In this document: one piece after another, positions 17,483 to 28,659 of the stretch
Position numbering within the stretch: position 1 is the stretch's first letter
Layout: each line of letters opens with the position of its first letter
Source of the DNA: Candidatus Poribacteria bacterium
GTDB taxonomy: Bacteria > Poribacteria > WGA-4E > WGA-3G
Assembly (NCBI GenBank): GCA_965198235.1
Contig: OZ240248.1
Span: 448,001 to 512,000 of the forward strand
Length of the DNA stretch: 64,000 nt
Direction of reading: 5' to 3'
The notes under the pieces: model-generated
What the model was told of the DNA's origin: nothing
What the model saw: only the letters and a program-made list of their open reading frames with translations
The model's database searches: none
Program-made: the position numbers and the translations under genes

Positions 17483-18019
17483 ATGCGTATTCGTTCAACA
17501 ACGATCTTAGCCGTTCGCCGCGACGGTGAGGTAGCTATCGGTGGTGATGGTCAAGTCACTTTAGGAGATACGGCGATTAAACACGGTGCCCGCAAAGTAC
17601 GCAAAATTCATAACGACCAGGTATTGATCGGTTTCGCGGGTTCCGCGTCGGATGCGATCACCCTCTATGAAAATTTGGAGAAGAAGCTGGAGCAGTATCG
17701 TGGAAATCTTCAGAAATCTGCGGTGGAACTTGCGCGGGAATGGCGCAGCGATAGGGTGCTAAGACAGGTAGACGCGCTATTAATCGCCGCGGATGTCAGC
17801 GACAGTTACCTCATTTCCGGGAGCGGCGACGTAATTTCCCCGGACGACGATGTTCTGGCAATCGGTTCCGGTGGGTCTATTGCCTTGGCGGCAGCAAAGG
17901 CACTGCTTAAATACTCAGACTTGACTGCAAAAGAGATTATTTCAGAATCACTCCAACTCACGAGTGAAATCTGTATTTACACGAATGCTAAAATTGAAGT
18001 TGACACGATAGAGAGTTAA
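17483..18019 (+). CDS. hslV: ATP-dependent protease subunit HslV
   Basis: STTILAVRR..GGDGQVTLG, GFAGSASDA, AIGSGG, ICIYTN. Confidence 0.97.
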   Translation: MRIRSTTILAVRRDGEVAIGGDGQVTLGDTAIKHGARKVRKIHNDQVLIGFAGSASDAITLYENLEKKLEQYRGNLQKSAVELAREWRSDRVLRQVDALLIAADVSDSYLISGSGDVISPDDDVLAIGSGGSIALAAAKALLKYSDLTAKEIISESLQLTSEICIYTNAKIEVDTIES

Positions 18020-18169
18020 CACGCTTAATGCGGTGCTATCCGAATAACATCGCATTAATTATGGATGACCATCTCATAATAGACAGTTGTAGGAAGAATA
18101 CCGGGCTTCATCCAGGCAAAAAGGTTATGAGATGGCTGGTAGGATTGCTAATTTTACGGAGGTTTACCT

Positions 18170-19660
18170 TTGGAAAAACCGAAAGCAATGCGCGAGGGGA
18201 ACACTCTGGCAGCTGCGCTCACACCGAGGCAGATCGTTGAGGAATTAGATAAGTATATTGTTGGGCAATTTGAGGCGAAACGTTGTGTCGCGATTGCCCT
18301 TCGCAACCGTGCACGGCGGCAGATGCTGGCAGAAGACATGCAGGACGAAGTGTCGCCGAAAAACATAATTATGATAGGTTCAACAGGTGTGGGAAAAACT
18401 GAAATCGCACGTAGGCTCGCGCGCCTCGTTGAAGCACCTTTCATCAAAGTAGAGGCGTCAAAGTATACCGAAATCGGTTACGTGGGTCGAGATGTTGAAT
18501 CCATGATCCGCGATCTCACTGAAACGGCTATTAGCCGCGTTAAAGCCGAGCAAACGGAGGCGGTTGAAGAAAAAGCACGGGAATCGACTGAAGAACGGCT
18601 GCTTGATTGCATTTTTCCGGTTCCACGCTCGCTCCAGAGACAGCCTCGTTTACAAGATGACGATGCGCTTGACGAGCCGGAGGAAGAGGATGATGACGGT
18701 GTCCTGCAACTCCCGTTTGACCTGGGTCCTGACATGGGAGCTGAAGCCGAAGAAGCCAGAGAGAAGGAGCGCGAACGCTATCTCAAGACCCGAGAGAAAT
18801 TCAGAGAGTGGCTAAAAGAAGGTAGACTTGAGGATAAACCGGTTGAAATCAATGTCAAGCATCAGAGCATGCCGTTTGTAGAAATCTTCTCGCCCGGTGG
18901 TATAGAGGAGATGGACATCAATTTCAAGGATATGTTCAGTAACATCCTACCGAATCAGACCAAGAAACGGAGAGTTCCAGTCTCAGAAGCGCGGACTATC
19001 TTGATGCAGGAGGAATCTGAAAAACTCATTGATATGGATGCCGTCATCAGCGAAGCGATTCTACGAGTTGAAAACTCCGGCATCGTTTTTTTGGATGAGA
19101 TTGACAAGATTGCAGGCAGGGAATCCCGGCATGGACCTGACATCTCGCGTGAAGGTGTGCAACGGGATATCCTTCCTATTATCGAAGGTAGCACGGTGAC
19201 CTCGAAATACGGAGCGGTACGTACGCATCACATCCTGTTCATCGCCGCTGGCGCGTTCCACGTCTCAAGCCCGTCTGACCTCATTCCGGAACTACAGGGT
19301 AGGTTTCCGATACGAGTAGAACTGAAAAGTCTGAATAAAGATGACTTTAAATCTATTCTGACGGAACCGAAGAACGCGTTGGTCAAACAATATGCTGCGC
19401 TGCTGAGTACTGAAGGTATTGAGGCGACTATTACCGATGATGCAATTGACGAGATCGCTGTGCTTGCCTTCCAAGTCAATGAGTCGGTTGAGGACATCGG
19501 TGCACGCCGCCTGCACACCATCATGGAAAAACTCTTTGAGAATCTCTTTTTTGACGCGCCTGACTCCGAAAAAAAGCACATCACTATTGATGCGGCGTAC
19601 GTCAGGACGGAATTGTCGAAAATTGTCAAAGACCAGGATCTGAGCAGATATATTCTCTAA
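18170..19660 (+). CDS. hslU: ATP-dependent protease ATPase subunit HslU
   Basis: [52 protein letters not shown]; exact start uncertain. Confidence 0.97.
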   Translation: MEKPKAMREGNTLAAALTPRQIVEELDKYIVGQFEAKRCVAIALRNRARRQMLAEDMQDEVSPKNIIMIGSTGVGKTEIARRLARLVEAPFIKVEASKYTEIGYVGRDVESMIRDLTETAISRVKAEQTEAVEEKARESTEERLLDCIFPVPRSLQRQPRLQDDDALDEPEEEDDDGVLQLPFDLGPDMGAEAEEAREKERERYLKTREKFREWLKEGRLEDKPVEINVKHQSMPFVEIFSPGGIEEMDINFKDMFSNILPNQTKKRRVPVSEARTILMQEESEKLIDMDAVISEAILRVENSGIVFLDEIDKIAGRESRHGPDISREGVQRDILPIIEGSTVTSKYGAVRTHHILFIAAGAFHVSSPSDLIPELQGRFPIRVELKSLNKDDFKSILTEPKNALVKQYAALLSTEGIEATITDDAIDEIAVLAFQVNESVEDIGARRLHTIMEKLFENLFFDAPDSEKKHITIDAAYVRTELSKIVKDQDLSRYIL

Positions 19661-19771
19661 TCAGCGCGTAGGAGGTGATGTTCCCTACTGCTCAGGAGAT
19701 GCCAGTGGCGAGAAAAGCGGAGCTTTATAAGCGATCCGCTTGTCCAGTGGACAATCGGAAGGGAACTCACC

Positions 19772-20983
19772 GTGAAACACTACCGAATTTTTATCTCTCT
19801 ATTCGTTTGTGCCCTATTTCTACCGAGCAGCGTCGCCCAAGATATAACGCAATGGCGCGTGCTTGAAGGCGACGAGGCACCTCTCGGTCCAACCGTAATA
19901 AACGCTATAGTCTTCTCCCCTGATGGCACACAACTCGCCGTTGCAGGCGTAAAGGGTATCACCGTATATGATACCTATACCGGCGAAGCACTTGCACTGC
20001 TACCTTCATTAATGGGGTACGTGACGGCGTTGGCATTCTCACCCGACAACCGCATCGTCGCAAGCGCGAATGAAGATTCTACCATCCACCTCTGGAACGC
20101 ACACACCGGCGAAAACATAACAGACTTTACAAGCCACACCGATCCGGTCGTAGCGTTAGCATTCTCCCCCGATGGTAACATGCTCGCCAGTGGAAGTTTC
20201 AAGGAGATTCGTTTGTGGGATTTAACCTCAGGGCAGATTACGCATGCTACAGTTCTTCGTGGACATCGGGATATGGTTACCACGTTAGCATTCTCACCAG
20301 ATAGCAAGACCCTTGCGAGTGCGAGCTTTTACGGCACAATTTTGTTATGGGATATAGAAACTTCTCAACTCCGACATAGCTTCTCCGCACATATCGATTC
20401 AATTCAGGCACTCGCATTCTCGCCGGATAATCAAATCTTAGCAAGCGGTGGATATTGGGATTCGGACGCTGAGAGCACAATTCATGTGTGGCATATACAC
20501 ACCGGTCAACTCATGGCGACTTTTGAGAACCACACTGTCCCGGTTTTTGTCTTAGCGTTTGCGCCGGATGTCTATGGCGTTGATGGGAGAACGCTTGCAA
20601 GTGCGGGTTGGGATAACACAATTCGTGTGTGGGATCTACATACCGGGCAATTACAGGCAATTTTTGGAGATAATACCGCACCTATCCTCGCCTTAGCGTT
20701 CCTACCGGCTGCCCATGGTTCTGATGAAAAAGCACTCGCAAGCGCAAGTCTTGATGGTACAATCCACCTGAGACCTCTGACGGCTTCTCTCGCGCGGGTT
20801 CCAAACCAACAGCGGAATGCGCGTGTGGCATTCCGTGGGGATGTCAATAACGATGGTGTCGTGAATATCTTGGATTTGACCTTTATTGCCTCGCGTTTTG
20901 GGCAGAATTCACCCGATCTTAACGGCGACGGTGTTGTCAACGTTTTAGATTTGGTACTCGTTGCACAACATATCGGGCAATAG
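19772..20983 (+). CDS. Secreted WD40-repeat protein with C-terminal dockerin-like domain
   Basis: Signal peptide; about 7 AFSPD..LAS...WD repeats; two DxNxDGVVNxLDL repeats. Confidence 0.92.
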   Translation: MKHYRIFISLFVCALFLPSSVAQDITQWRVLEGDEAPLGPTVINAIVFSPDGTQLAVAGVKGITVYDTYTGEALALLPSLMGYVTALAFSPDNRIVASANEDSTIHLWNAHTGENITDFTSHTDPVVALAFSPDGNMLASGSFKEIRLWDLTSGQITHATVLRGHRDMVTTLAFSPDSKTLASASFYGTILLWDIETSQLRHSFSAHIDSIQALAFSPDNQILASGGYWDSDAESTIHVWHIHTGQLMATFENHTVPVFVLAFAPDVYGVDGRTLASAGWDNTIRVWDLHTGQLQAIFGDNTAPILALAFLPAAHGSDEKALASASLDGTIHLRPLTASLARVPNQQRNARVAFRGDVNNDGVVNILDLTFIASRFGQNSPDLNGDGVVNVLDLVLVAQHIGQ

Positions 20984-20993
20984 GAGTTGAATT

Positions 20994-23267
20994 ATGAAGA
21001 CTACACAATTCCGCTTCCATGTGGGTACGCTTTCCGTGCGTGTACATCTGCGCAGCACTATTCAGACCTATTTTCTCAGTTCGGTTCTCTTGTTAACTGC
21101 CATCCTCTTTCCGCCCAACGTTCATGCGCAAGATTACACCCAATTACAATTACCTGAAGGTGCGAAAGCTCGTATTGGGAAAGGGACTATAAACGATATA
21201 AGGTTTTCACCTGATGAAAGCCTTGTTGCCGTTGCTGGCTCTATCGGTGTTTGGCTCTATAATGCGCACACCGGTGCCGAGGTTGACCTGCTCACGGGGC
21301 ATACGCAGTCGGTTTTGAGCGTGGCGTTCTCGCCGGATAGCAAAACCCTCGCCAGTGGCAGTTGGGACACCACGATCCGTTTGTGGGATGTCCAAACTGG
21401 GCAACATAAAGTTTCCCTTACGCAGCATACGTATGGTATTTGGGCAGTGGCGTTCTCATCGGATGGAAAAACTCTTGCCAGTAGCAGCTATGGATCCGTT
21501 CGTCTGTGGGATATAGAAACCGGGCAGCACAAAGCACTCCTGAAGACACAGACGGGTAGAGCGAAAGCTCTCGCGTTCTCGCCCGATAGCAGAATCCTCG
21601 CGAATGGGGGGCAAGCTGTACCGCTTACAAGTAACAATTATCTGATTCAGTTGTGGGATCCCGATACTGCCCAACACCTTGCGACGCTTGAGGGACACAC
21701 GTCTGAGATTGAGGCGGTAGCGTTTTCATCGGATGGAAAAACACTCGTGAGTGCAAGCTGGGACCGCACAATTCGTTTGTGGGATGTAAGCACTAAAAGC
21801 CAGCTATCAACTTTCATAGGGAGTTCGGATTGGCTCACAGCGGTTGCATTTTCTCCCGATGGCGAAACGCTTGTCAGTGGCAGTCGACGCGGTGAAGTCC
21901 GTTTATGGGGCGCGAGCACTGGGCAACATATCAGAACACTGCGTGCACATACGCAAGAAGTTGCTGATATTGTGTTTTCTCTGGATGGCACAACCTTTAC
22001 CAGTGCAAGTCGTGACGGGACAATTCAGTTGTGGAATGCAAGTGGCGGTCCCCTCCAAGAAGCTACACTAAAAGGGCATACGGATGGGATTACTGCGATG
22101 GCACTCTCTCCGAACGGTCAGACTCTTGCAAGTGGAACTTACGGTCGCAGACTTGCCAATGGAAGTTGGGAAGCCCCGATTCGGTTGTGGAATACAGAGG
22201 CACAACGACCGGAAACAGTGTTAAAAGGGCATACAAAGCAGATTAATGCGTTAGCATTCTCCCCAAATGGAAAAATTTTTGCCAGCGCGAGTAACGACAA
22301 AACAATTCGGTTGTGGGACGTAAATACTGAGCAATCACCATTCGTTATTGATTTCCAACCACAGGCGATTCTTACAGAGCATACTGACGGAGTCCTCGCG
22401 TTGGCATTTTCTCCAGATGGCGGAACCCTCGCCAGCGGCGGTGGAACAGATCCGATTCGGTTATGGGATGCCCACACTGGTCAACAACAAGCAATCCTTG
22501 AAGGTGCCTCAGAAGCCATCTATTCTATGGCGTTTTCACCAGATGGCAGCACCCTTGCCAGTGGTAGTTGGGACGGCGTGATTCGGTTATGGAACGCAGA
22601 GACTGGGGAACTGAAGACCATGCTTAGAGAGATTTCTCGTTCAGGACATCGGGTTAGAACTGTCACTTTCTCACCAAATGGGGAAATCCTCGCCAGTTGT
22701 TCGGACTATTATGGGATTCAATTGTGGGATGCAAATACGGGTATCCGTCTTTTCACGTTCAGTGGTGGGCATACGGATGATGTCTATTCCCTCGCGTTCT
22801 CACCCGACGGTAAAACGCTTGCGAGTGGTGGTAATGACAGGACAATTATTTTCTGGGATGTCGCTACGGGTGGCTACCTGAGTGCCCTTGAAGGACATAC
22901 ACACGGCATCGCTGCCTTAGCGTTTACACCAGATGGTGGGACGCTTGCCAGCGGAAGTTGGGATGGCACGGTTCTTCTATGGGATATCCTATCTGCCGAA
23001 CGTGATCCGTCGTTAATGCCGGTTTCACAAACGCCGTGGGATGTCAACGGCGATGGAGTTGTCAGCGTCCAGGACTTGGCACTCGTTGCCTCTGGTTTCG
23101 GGCAGAATGCTCCCGATGTCAACGGCGATGGAGTCGTGAATATCTTGGATTTGACGCTGGTTGCCTCTCATTTGGATCCAAAGCCTGCTGATGTCAATAG
23201 TGATGGAGTCGTGAATATCTTGGATTTGACGAGCGTGGCGAGCTACCTCGACGAAGAGCAGGAGTAG
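20994..23267 (+). CDS. Secreted WD40-repeat protein (double propeller) with three dockerin-like repeats
   Basis: LPEGAKARIGKG leader, about 14 WD40 repeats, 3 x DVNxDGVV. Confidence 0.92.
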   Translation: MKTTQFRFHVGTLSVRVHLRSTIQTYFLSSVLLLTAILFPPNVHAQDYTQLQLPEGAKARIGKGTINDIRFSPDESLVAVAGSIGVWLYNAHTGAEVDLLTGHTQSVLSVAFSPDSKTLASGSWDTTIRLWDVQTGQHKVSLTQHTYGIWAVAFSSDGKTLASSSYGSVRLWDIETGQHKALLKTQTGRAKALAFSPDSRILANGGQAVPLTSNNYLIQLWDPDTAQHLATLEGHTSEIEAVAFSSDGKTLVSASWDRTIRLWDVSTKSQLSTFIGSSDWLTAVAFSPDGETLVSGSRRGEVRLWGASTGQHIRTLRAHTQEVADIVFSLDGTTFTSASRDGTIQLWNASGGPLQEATLKGHTDGITAMALSPNGQTLASGTYGRRLANGSWEAPIRLWNTEAQRPETVLKGHTKQINALAFSPNGKIFASASNDKTIRLWDVNTEQSPFVIDFQPQAILTEHTDGVLALAFSPDGGTLASGGGTDPIRLWDAHTGQQQAILEGASEAIYSMAFSPDGSTLASGSWDGVIRLWNAETGELKTMLREISRSGHRVRTVTFSPNGEILASCSDYYGIQLWDANTGIRLFTFSGGHTDDVYSLAFSPDGKTLASGGNDRTIIFWDVATGGYLSALEGHTHGIAALAFTPDGGTLASGSWDGTVLLWDILSAERDPSLMPVSQTPWDVNGDGVVSVQDLALVASGFGQNAPDVNGDGVVNILDLTLVASHLDPKPADVNSDGVVNILDLTSVASYLDEEQE

Positions 23268-23270
23268 AAA

Positions 23271-25436
23271 ATGCCAAAACCGCAATTTCTCTTTTTTCTT
23301 CTCTTTCCGTTGTTTGCTTTTGTTCTGTTTCTACACGAAGGTTTCACCGAAGATTCGGCGCGGTGGCGTTTACCCGAAGGTGCGAGTGCGCGGCTTAGTA
23401 AAGGCAGCCCTGCTGATGTCCAGTTCTCACCGGATGGGACCCAAATCGCAGTGGCGAGTTCCATAGGTATCTGGCTTTATGATGCACAGACATACCAAGA
23501 GATTGATCTGCTCACGGATCGAACGCGTGGCACTCGGTCATGTGCGTATTCGCCCGATGGGACGGTCCTTGCCGGTGGTGGGACAGATGGGACGCTTCTC
23601 CTGTGGGATGTCCCTACCAGGCAGCTACGGACGACACTCAAAGGACATGAGCGACCGATCGTAACGCTCGCGTTTTCTCCTGATGGTAGCATGCTTGCGA
23701 GTGGCGCGGATTATGAAGATATCGTTCAGTTGTGGGATGCCACGACTGCCCAACATCATGCGACTTTTACGGGACACACGGAAGGCCTCAGAGCTGTGAA
23801 GTTTTCACCGGATGGTAGAACGCTTGCGAGTGGCAGTCGGGATGGCACGGTTCGGTTATGGGATGTCAATACTGGCGAACACGATATTATTTTTAGGAGA
23901 GCTCGAGTATGGGCTTTGGCATTCTCACCAGATGGTGCAACCCTCGTCAGTGGGGACAGTGCCAATACAATTCGCTTGTGGGATATGGACACGAACCAAC
24001 ATCGCGAGCGTCTGACTGGGCATACACGTCTTGTTTCTGCCGTTGCGTTCTCACCCGACGGCACACTCCTTGCCAGTGGGGGTGGAAACGGCACAATGCG
24101 CTTATGGGATGCAGACACCGGAGAACAACAGGGAACGCTCACAGCACATAGATGGCACATTTATTCCCTTGCGTTCTCGCCGGATGGTAGAACACTTGCC
24201 AGTGTAGGTGATGATATGGTTCGCTTGTGGAATATTGATGCCCAGGGGATCCCAACTGCTATTGATTCAGAACCGAAGGCTACCTTCCATGTCCACCCGA
24301 AGTTTGTTTCTGCCCTTGCGTTCTCACCAGATGGCAACACGCTTGTCAGCGGAAGCGGGGACGGCGTTCTTCGCCTATGGAATGTAGAAACAGCGCAACA
24401 GCAGGAATCCTTCCTCACAGGAGGTAGGGATTGGATTAGGGCAGCGGCGTTCTTATTGGATGGCATAATTTTTATCAGTAGAGGTGATGACGACACGGTT
24501 CGTCTCTGGCATGCAACTGGTGGAGCACAGGTGCTCCTCACTTTGCAAGATTCCTTCAGCACAGCCATGATGTTCTCTCCAGATGGTAGAACCCTTGCAC
24601 GCACGAATAGAAACGATGCTATTCTCTTATGGGATTTAGCAACTGGAGAACGTCGCGCCACCCTTGAAGGACATATACACTGGATTTTTGAATTGGCGTT
24701 TTCACCGGATGGCAAGACATTAGCAAGTGGCGGTGGAGACAGGGCGATTCTCTTGTGGGATGTAGATTCAGGGCAACACCGCGCGACGCTTGACAAACAG
24801 GAATCGGCTGGCGGACGTAGGGATGACGTCTTTGGGTTGGCATTCTCGCCGGATAGTAAAATCTTGGCAAGCAGTGGGGCTTACGGACCGATTCAGTTAT
24901 GGGATGTGAATACCCTACAGCGACTTTCGACGCTCAGAGGGCATACAGGCGAGGTGGGTGCCTTGGCATTTTCGCCGGATGGTGGGACACTTGCGAGTGG
25001 GAGTTGGGATGGCACAATTCTTTTATGGAATGCAGCCACTTTCCGGACGCACGATCCTCAAGAATCACCGACTGCTATTCTGAAAGGGCATACAACAGAG
25101 GTCACACAGTTAACGTTCTCACCCGATAGCGAGACGCTTGCGAGCGGGAGTTGGGACGGCACAATTCTCCTGTGGGAGCTTGCATCGCCACCATCACAGG
25201 TTCCGTGGGATGCCAACGGCGATGGTGTCGTCAATGCCTTAGATTTAACGTTCATCGCTGAGCACTTTGAGGAGAATAAGCGAGTGTCTGCTGATGTAAA
25301 CGCCGACGGTGTCGTAAATATCTTGGATCTGACCTTTATTGCCTCACGTTTTGGACAGAATTCACCAGATCTCAACGGTGACGGGGTCGTCAACATTTTG
25401 GATTTGACGATCGTTGCACAGCGTATTGGAGAGTAA
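23271..25436 (+). CDS. Secreted WD40-repeat protein (double propeller) with three dockerin-like repeats
   Basis: LPEGASARLSKG leader, about 14 WD40 repeats, 3 x DxNxDGVVN. Confidence 0.92.
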   Translation: MPKPQFLFFLLFPLFAFVLFLHEGFTEDSARWRLPEGASARLSKGSPADVQFSPDGTQIAVASSIGIWLYDAQTYQEIDLLTDRTRGTRSCAYSPDGTVLAGGGTDGTLLLWDVPTRQLRTTLKGHERPIVTLAFSPDGSMLASGADYEDIVQLWDATTAQHHATFTGHTEGLRAVKFSPDGRTLASGSRDGTVRLWDVNTGEHDIIFRRARVWALAFSPDGATLVSGDSANTIRLWDMDTNQHRERLTGHTRLVSAVAFSPDGTLLASGGGNGTMRLWDADTGEQQGTLTAHRWHIYSLAFSPDGRTLASVGDDMVRLWNIDAQGIPTAIDSEPKATFHVHPKFVSALAFSPDGNTLVSGSGDGVLRLWNVETAQQQESFLTGGRDWIRAAAFLLDGIIFISRGDDDTVRLWHATGGAQVLLTLQDSFSTAMMFSPDGRTLARTNRNDAILLWDLATGERRATLEGHIHWIFELAFSPDGKTLASGGGDRAILLWDVDSGQHRATLDKQESAGGRRDDVFGLAFSPDSKILASSGAYGPIQLWDVNTLQRLSTLRGHTGEVGALAFSPDGGTLASGSWDGTILLWNAATFRTHDPQESPTAILKGHTTEVTQLTFSPDSETLASGSWDGTILLWELASPPSQVPWDANGDGVVNALDLTFIAEHFEENKRVSADVNADGVVNILDLTFIASRFGQNSPDLNGDGVVNILDLTIVAQRIGE

Positions 25437-25478
25437 GAGGTCTATGGTTACTGATACGTTGTCGCCCGGTGTGCAGTA

Positions 25479-25502
25479 GCGAGGTTAGGAAACCTCGCCA
25501 GC
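25479..25502. repeat. Uninterrupted copy of the GCGAGGTT-AGGA-AACCTCGC palindromic REP
   Basis: gcgaggttaggaaacctcgccagc. Confidence 0.85.
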
Positions 25503-25576
25503 GAGTGCTGTGTCGGTCCGGTGAACACCCACCCACATATTATAAAGTCCTTACGTATGAAGGTGTGTATCGAAGT

Positions 25577-25605
25577 TTGACACGATCCCTGCTTTGTGGT
25601 AAAAT
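25577..25605 (+). promoter_or_regulatory. Sigma70 promoter of sppA
   Basis: TTGACA-N17-TAAAAT. Confidence 0.75.
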
Positions 25606-25644
25606 AGCAATGTTAGTTTGGACACCAAAAAGAAGGAGAAATTG

Positions 25645-27465
25645 ATGAGATTCTTACAAAAATGCGTGTTTCTATTGGCGTTGCTTATCTTCGTTTCCTC
25701 AGTATTTGCTGAGGAACACGCGACGGAAGAAACCGTTCCACCCATTAAAAAATACGTTGAGTTTACATTGGACGGTACCTACACCGATACCAAAACGGTC
25801 AGCACCTTTGGGACCTCCTCAACAAAGACGCTACGAGGGCTCTTTAAAAAATTAGATACACTCAAAACAGATGATGAAATTGCCGGGATTATCTTCAAAA
25901 TAGATAGCGTCAGCGTGGGGTGGGCGACGCTCCAAGAAATTCGCAATAAACTTCATGAATTCCGAGAAACCGAAAAAGAGACAATCGGGTATTTGGAAAG
26001 CGGTGGTAATGCCGAATATCTCCTCGCCGCTGCGATGGAGCGCATTGTCCTGATGCCTACTGGAAGCCTCAATTTAACGGGGTTACGCGCCGAAGTCATC
26101 TTCTATAAAGGGTTGCTGGACAAGTTGGACATCCAAGCCGATATGTTGGCAATGGGAAAATACAAGTCCGGTGTTGAACCCTACATGCGGGACGGTATGT
26201 CGGAGGCATTTCGTGAGTCGATGACTGCGATACTGGACGATTTATACGCCCAATTGTTGGAGGATATCGCTGAGAGCCGAGACGGTATCACCACAGAACG
26301 CGTGTCGGATTTGGTAGATCGCGGACCGTTCACAGCGGAAGAGGCGCAGCAGGAGCAGTTGGTTGATGCGCTGCAATACTACGACGAACTCCTTGATGCC
26401 CTAAAAACAGCGTCTCCAGACGAAGAGGTTCAAGTCGTCAAGCCGGATTACGAGCGCAAGCGAAAAGTGCCGGATATGAATAGTTTCGCCGGGCTTATGC
26501 AGCTGCTGAGTATGTTAAATCCACCGCAGCGCTCTCGGACTGCCACGGCAGAGAATCAGATTGCACTTATCTATGCGAATGGACCCATTTTACCGGATAT
26601 TGATTCGTTATTCCCTTCAACGTCAGTGATTATGCCGAGCGAGTTGAAGAAGGCATTTGAGAAAGCACGCACCGACGATACCATTCAGGCAGTTGTGTTA
26701 CGTGTAAATAGTCCGGGTGGTTCTGCGCTCGCTTCTGACCTAATGTGGCGGGAAGTGATGCTCACGCAACGCGAAAAGCCGGTTGTTGTTTCTATGGGAG
26801 ATGTCGCTGCGTCGGGTGGCTACTATATTGCAATGGCGGCAGGGACAATCGTCGCACACCCAAGTACGCTGACAGGTTCAATCGGTGTGTTCGGTGGTAA
26901 GCTGAACCTGAAGGGGCTTTATAACAAAATCGGTTTGACGAAGGAGATTATTGCACACGGGCAGAACGCGACTCTCTATTCGGACTACGGCGGTTTTACA
27001 CCGACCGAGCGGGAACGCGTCGAAAAGATAATGAAGACGGTCTATAAGGATTTTGTCAGTAAGGCGGCAGCAGGCAGAAGCAAATCATTTGACGAAATTG
27101 ATGAGATCGCGCAAGGGCGTGTCTGGACAGGCACGCAGGCGAAAGCACTCGGACTCGTTGATGAGCTCGGAGGGCTTGATACTGCGCTGTCTATCGCTAA
27201 AGAGCAGGCAGGTTTTGCCGATGATGACAAAGTTAACCTTATTGTGTTACCAGAGCAGAAACCTTTTTTTGAGCAACTCATGGAACGGATGATCGAAGAC
27301 ATGGAGGGTTCGATTCGGATACCGCTCGAATTGACGGCGAGTCACTCTGTGCTATCTATGTTCGGCAATCGGTGGCAGCATATCGTTACATGGTTGAGCC
27401 TGTTTGGTTTTAAAGATGGGACACAAGTGGTAACAATTTTACCTTATGATGTTTTAATCTATTAA
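25645..27465 (+). CDS. sppA: Signal peptide peptidase SppA (67K type)
   Basis: GKYKS, LRVNSPGGSALAS, VSMGDVAASGGYYIA, TGSIGV, AQGRVWTG. Confidence 0.95.
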   Translation: MRFLQKCVFLLALLIFVSSVFAEEHATEETVPPIKKYVEFTLDGTYTDTKTVSTFGTSSTKTLRGLFKKLDTLKTDDEIAGIIFKIDSVSVGWATLQEIRNKLHEFRETEKETIGYLESGGNAEYLLAAAMERIVLMPTGSLNLTGLRAEVIFYKGLLDKLDIQADMLAMGKYKSGVEPYMRDGMSEAFRESMTAILDDLYAQLLEDIAESRDGITTERVSDLVDRGPFTAEEAQQEQLVDALQYYDELLDALKTASPDEEVQVVKPDYERKRKVPDMNSFAGLMQLLSMLNPPQRSRTATAENQIALIYANGPILPDIDSLFPSTSVIMPSELKKAFEKARTDDTIQAVVLRVNSPGGSALASDLMWREVMLTQREKPVVVSMGDVAASGGYYIAMAAGTIVAHPSTLTGSIGVFGGKLNLKGLYNKIGLTKEIIAHGQNATLYSDYGGFTPTERERVEKIMKTVYKDFVSKAAAGRSKSFDEIDEIAQGRVWTGTQAKALGLVDELGGLDTALSIAKEQAGFADDDKVNLIVLPEQKPFFEQLMERMIEDMEGSIRIPLELTASHSVLSMFGNRWQHIVTWLSLFGFKDGTQVVTILPYDVLIY

Positions 27466-27627
27466 GGTTGCACCGTTTCGTTTTTCCTTTCTCGTAATGG
27501 ATGCGGTCCCTGTCTAAAATCGAACGCTTGTTATGCAGCAGTCCGTTTTTAATTCAAGGAACTTTCAATTAATAGACCTTCCATTTTTTGACAACGGAAA
27601 AAATGAGTGAGGATAATCGTTAAAAAA

Positions 27628-28449
27628 ATGAAATCCAACAATGAACTTTCGGCGCAGCTTGCAAGCCGAAACTTGCTTGACAAAAGTCACGTTGATTTAA
27701 CTGACGAACAGATCGCCTTTTTTCAAGCAAACGGATATTTAAGTATTCCACGCATCACGACAGATGAAGAGGTAGAATGGCTTAAAGGCATTTACGATGA
27801 ACTCTTTACGGGACGGACTGGGGAAGCGGAGGGACGCTACTTCGATCTTGCGGGTCCACGCGCGCATAAGGGACGAGAGACGTTGCCGCAGGTGTTAGGT
27901 CCAGAGGCGCAATTCCCGGAACTCCGTGAGACTGTCTATTTCCGAAATGCACAGCGGCTCGCCGCGAAATTGCTCCGTGTAGCAACCGACAAGGTGAGCG
28001 GTGGTGGACACATGATTTTGAAGCCTGCGCACTACGGCAATGAAACACCTTGGCATCAAGATGAGGCGTACTGGAATCCAGAGGTTCTACCTCACAGTTT
28101 GAGTGTTTGGCTTCCGCTTGATAAGGCGACAATTGAGAGTGGCTGCCTTCAATTTATCCCGAAATCACACAAAGGAGAAGTGCGTTGGCATCGCCACATT
28201 GATAACGATCCGCTCGTACACGGGTTGGTAACAGATGATGTTGACGTATCAGAGGCGGTTGCATGCCCAATACCAGCAGGTGGTGCGACTTTCCATCACT
28301 GTCGGACACTGCACTATTCTGCGCCGAACAGTACACCGGAAGCACGCAGAGCGTATATTCTCGTTTTTGGCGGTCCGCCCAAGAAACTGGATAAACCGGC
28401 ACATCGTCCGTGGCAAACAGAGGAACAGGAAGCACTCGCGAATTTTTAA
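27628..28449 (+). CDS. Phytanoyl-CoA dioxygenase (PhyH) family protein
   Basis: TPWHQDEAYW, WLPLD...GCL.FIP.SH, FHH..TLHYSAPN. Confidence 0.92.
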   Translation: MKSNNELSAQLASRNLLDKSHVDLTDEQIAFFQANGYLSIPRITTDEEVEWLKGIYDELFTGRTGEAEGRYFDLAGPRAHKGRETLPQVLGPEAQFPELRETVYFRNAQRLAAKLLRVATDKVSGGGHMILKPAHYGNETPWHQDEAYWNPEVLPHSLSVWLPLDKATIESGCLQFIPKSHKGEVRWHRHIDNDPLVHGLVTDDVDVSEAVACPIPAGGATFHHCRTLHYSAPNSTPEARRAYILVFGGPPKKLDKPAHRPWQTEEQEALANF

Positions 28450-28570
28450 TTTATGGGCCTTGGACTGCGCTCCACTCCGTTACGCGCAGGTTTTTGGTTA
28501 GGTCGCGACTGGATTTGAGAATGCGTACGATAGTAAGAGGATCCTCGTTGTTAAGATAGCCTCAAAGCCC

Positions 28571-28647
28571 GTAGCCCGTAATGAAATGGAGGGCGGATCT
28601 ACGGAGAGGCACGTGAATGTACAAACCTACCTCACCGAACCGCAAGG
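28571..28647. repeat. Dispersed copy (inverted) of the element at 1406-1482
   Basis: GTAGCCCGTAATGAAATGGAGGGCGGATCTACGGAGAGG and AACCTACCTCACCGAACCGCAAGG match the reverse complement of 1406-1482; only the central spacer differs. Confidence 0.92.
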
Positions 28648-28659
28648 TAAACTTAAAAA

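Noticed and set aside
19900-25200. Recurrent DNA motifs (GCGTTCTCACCCGATGG, CTTGCGAGTGG) resembling a repeat array
   Set aside because: Explained by in-frame WD40 repeats.
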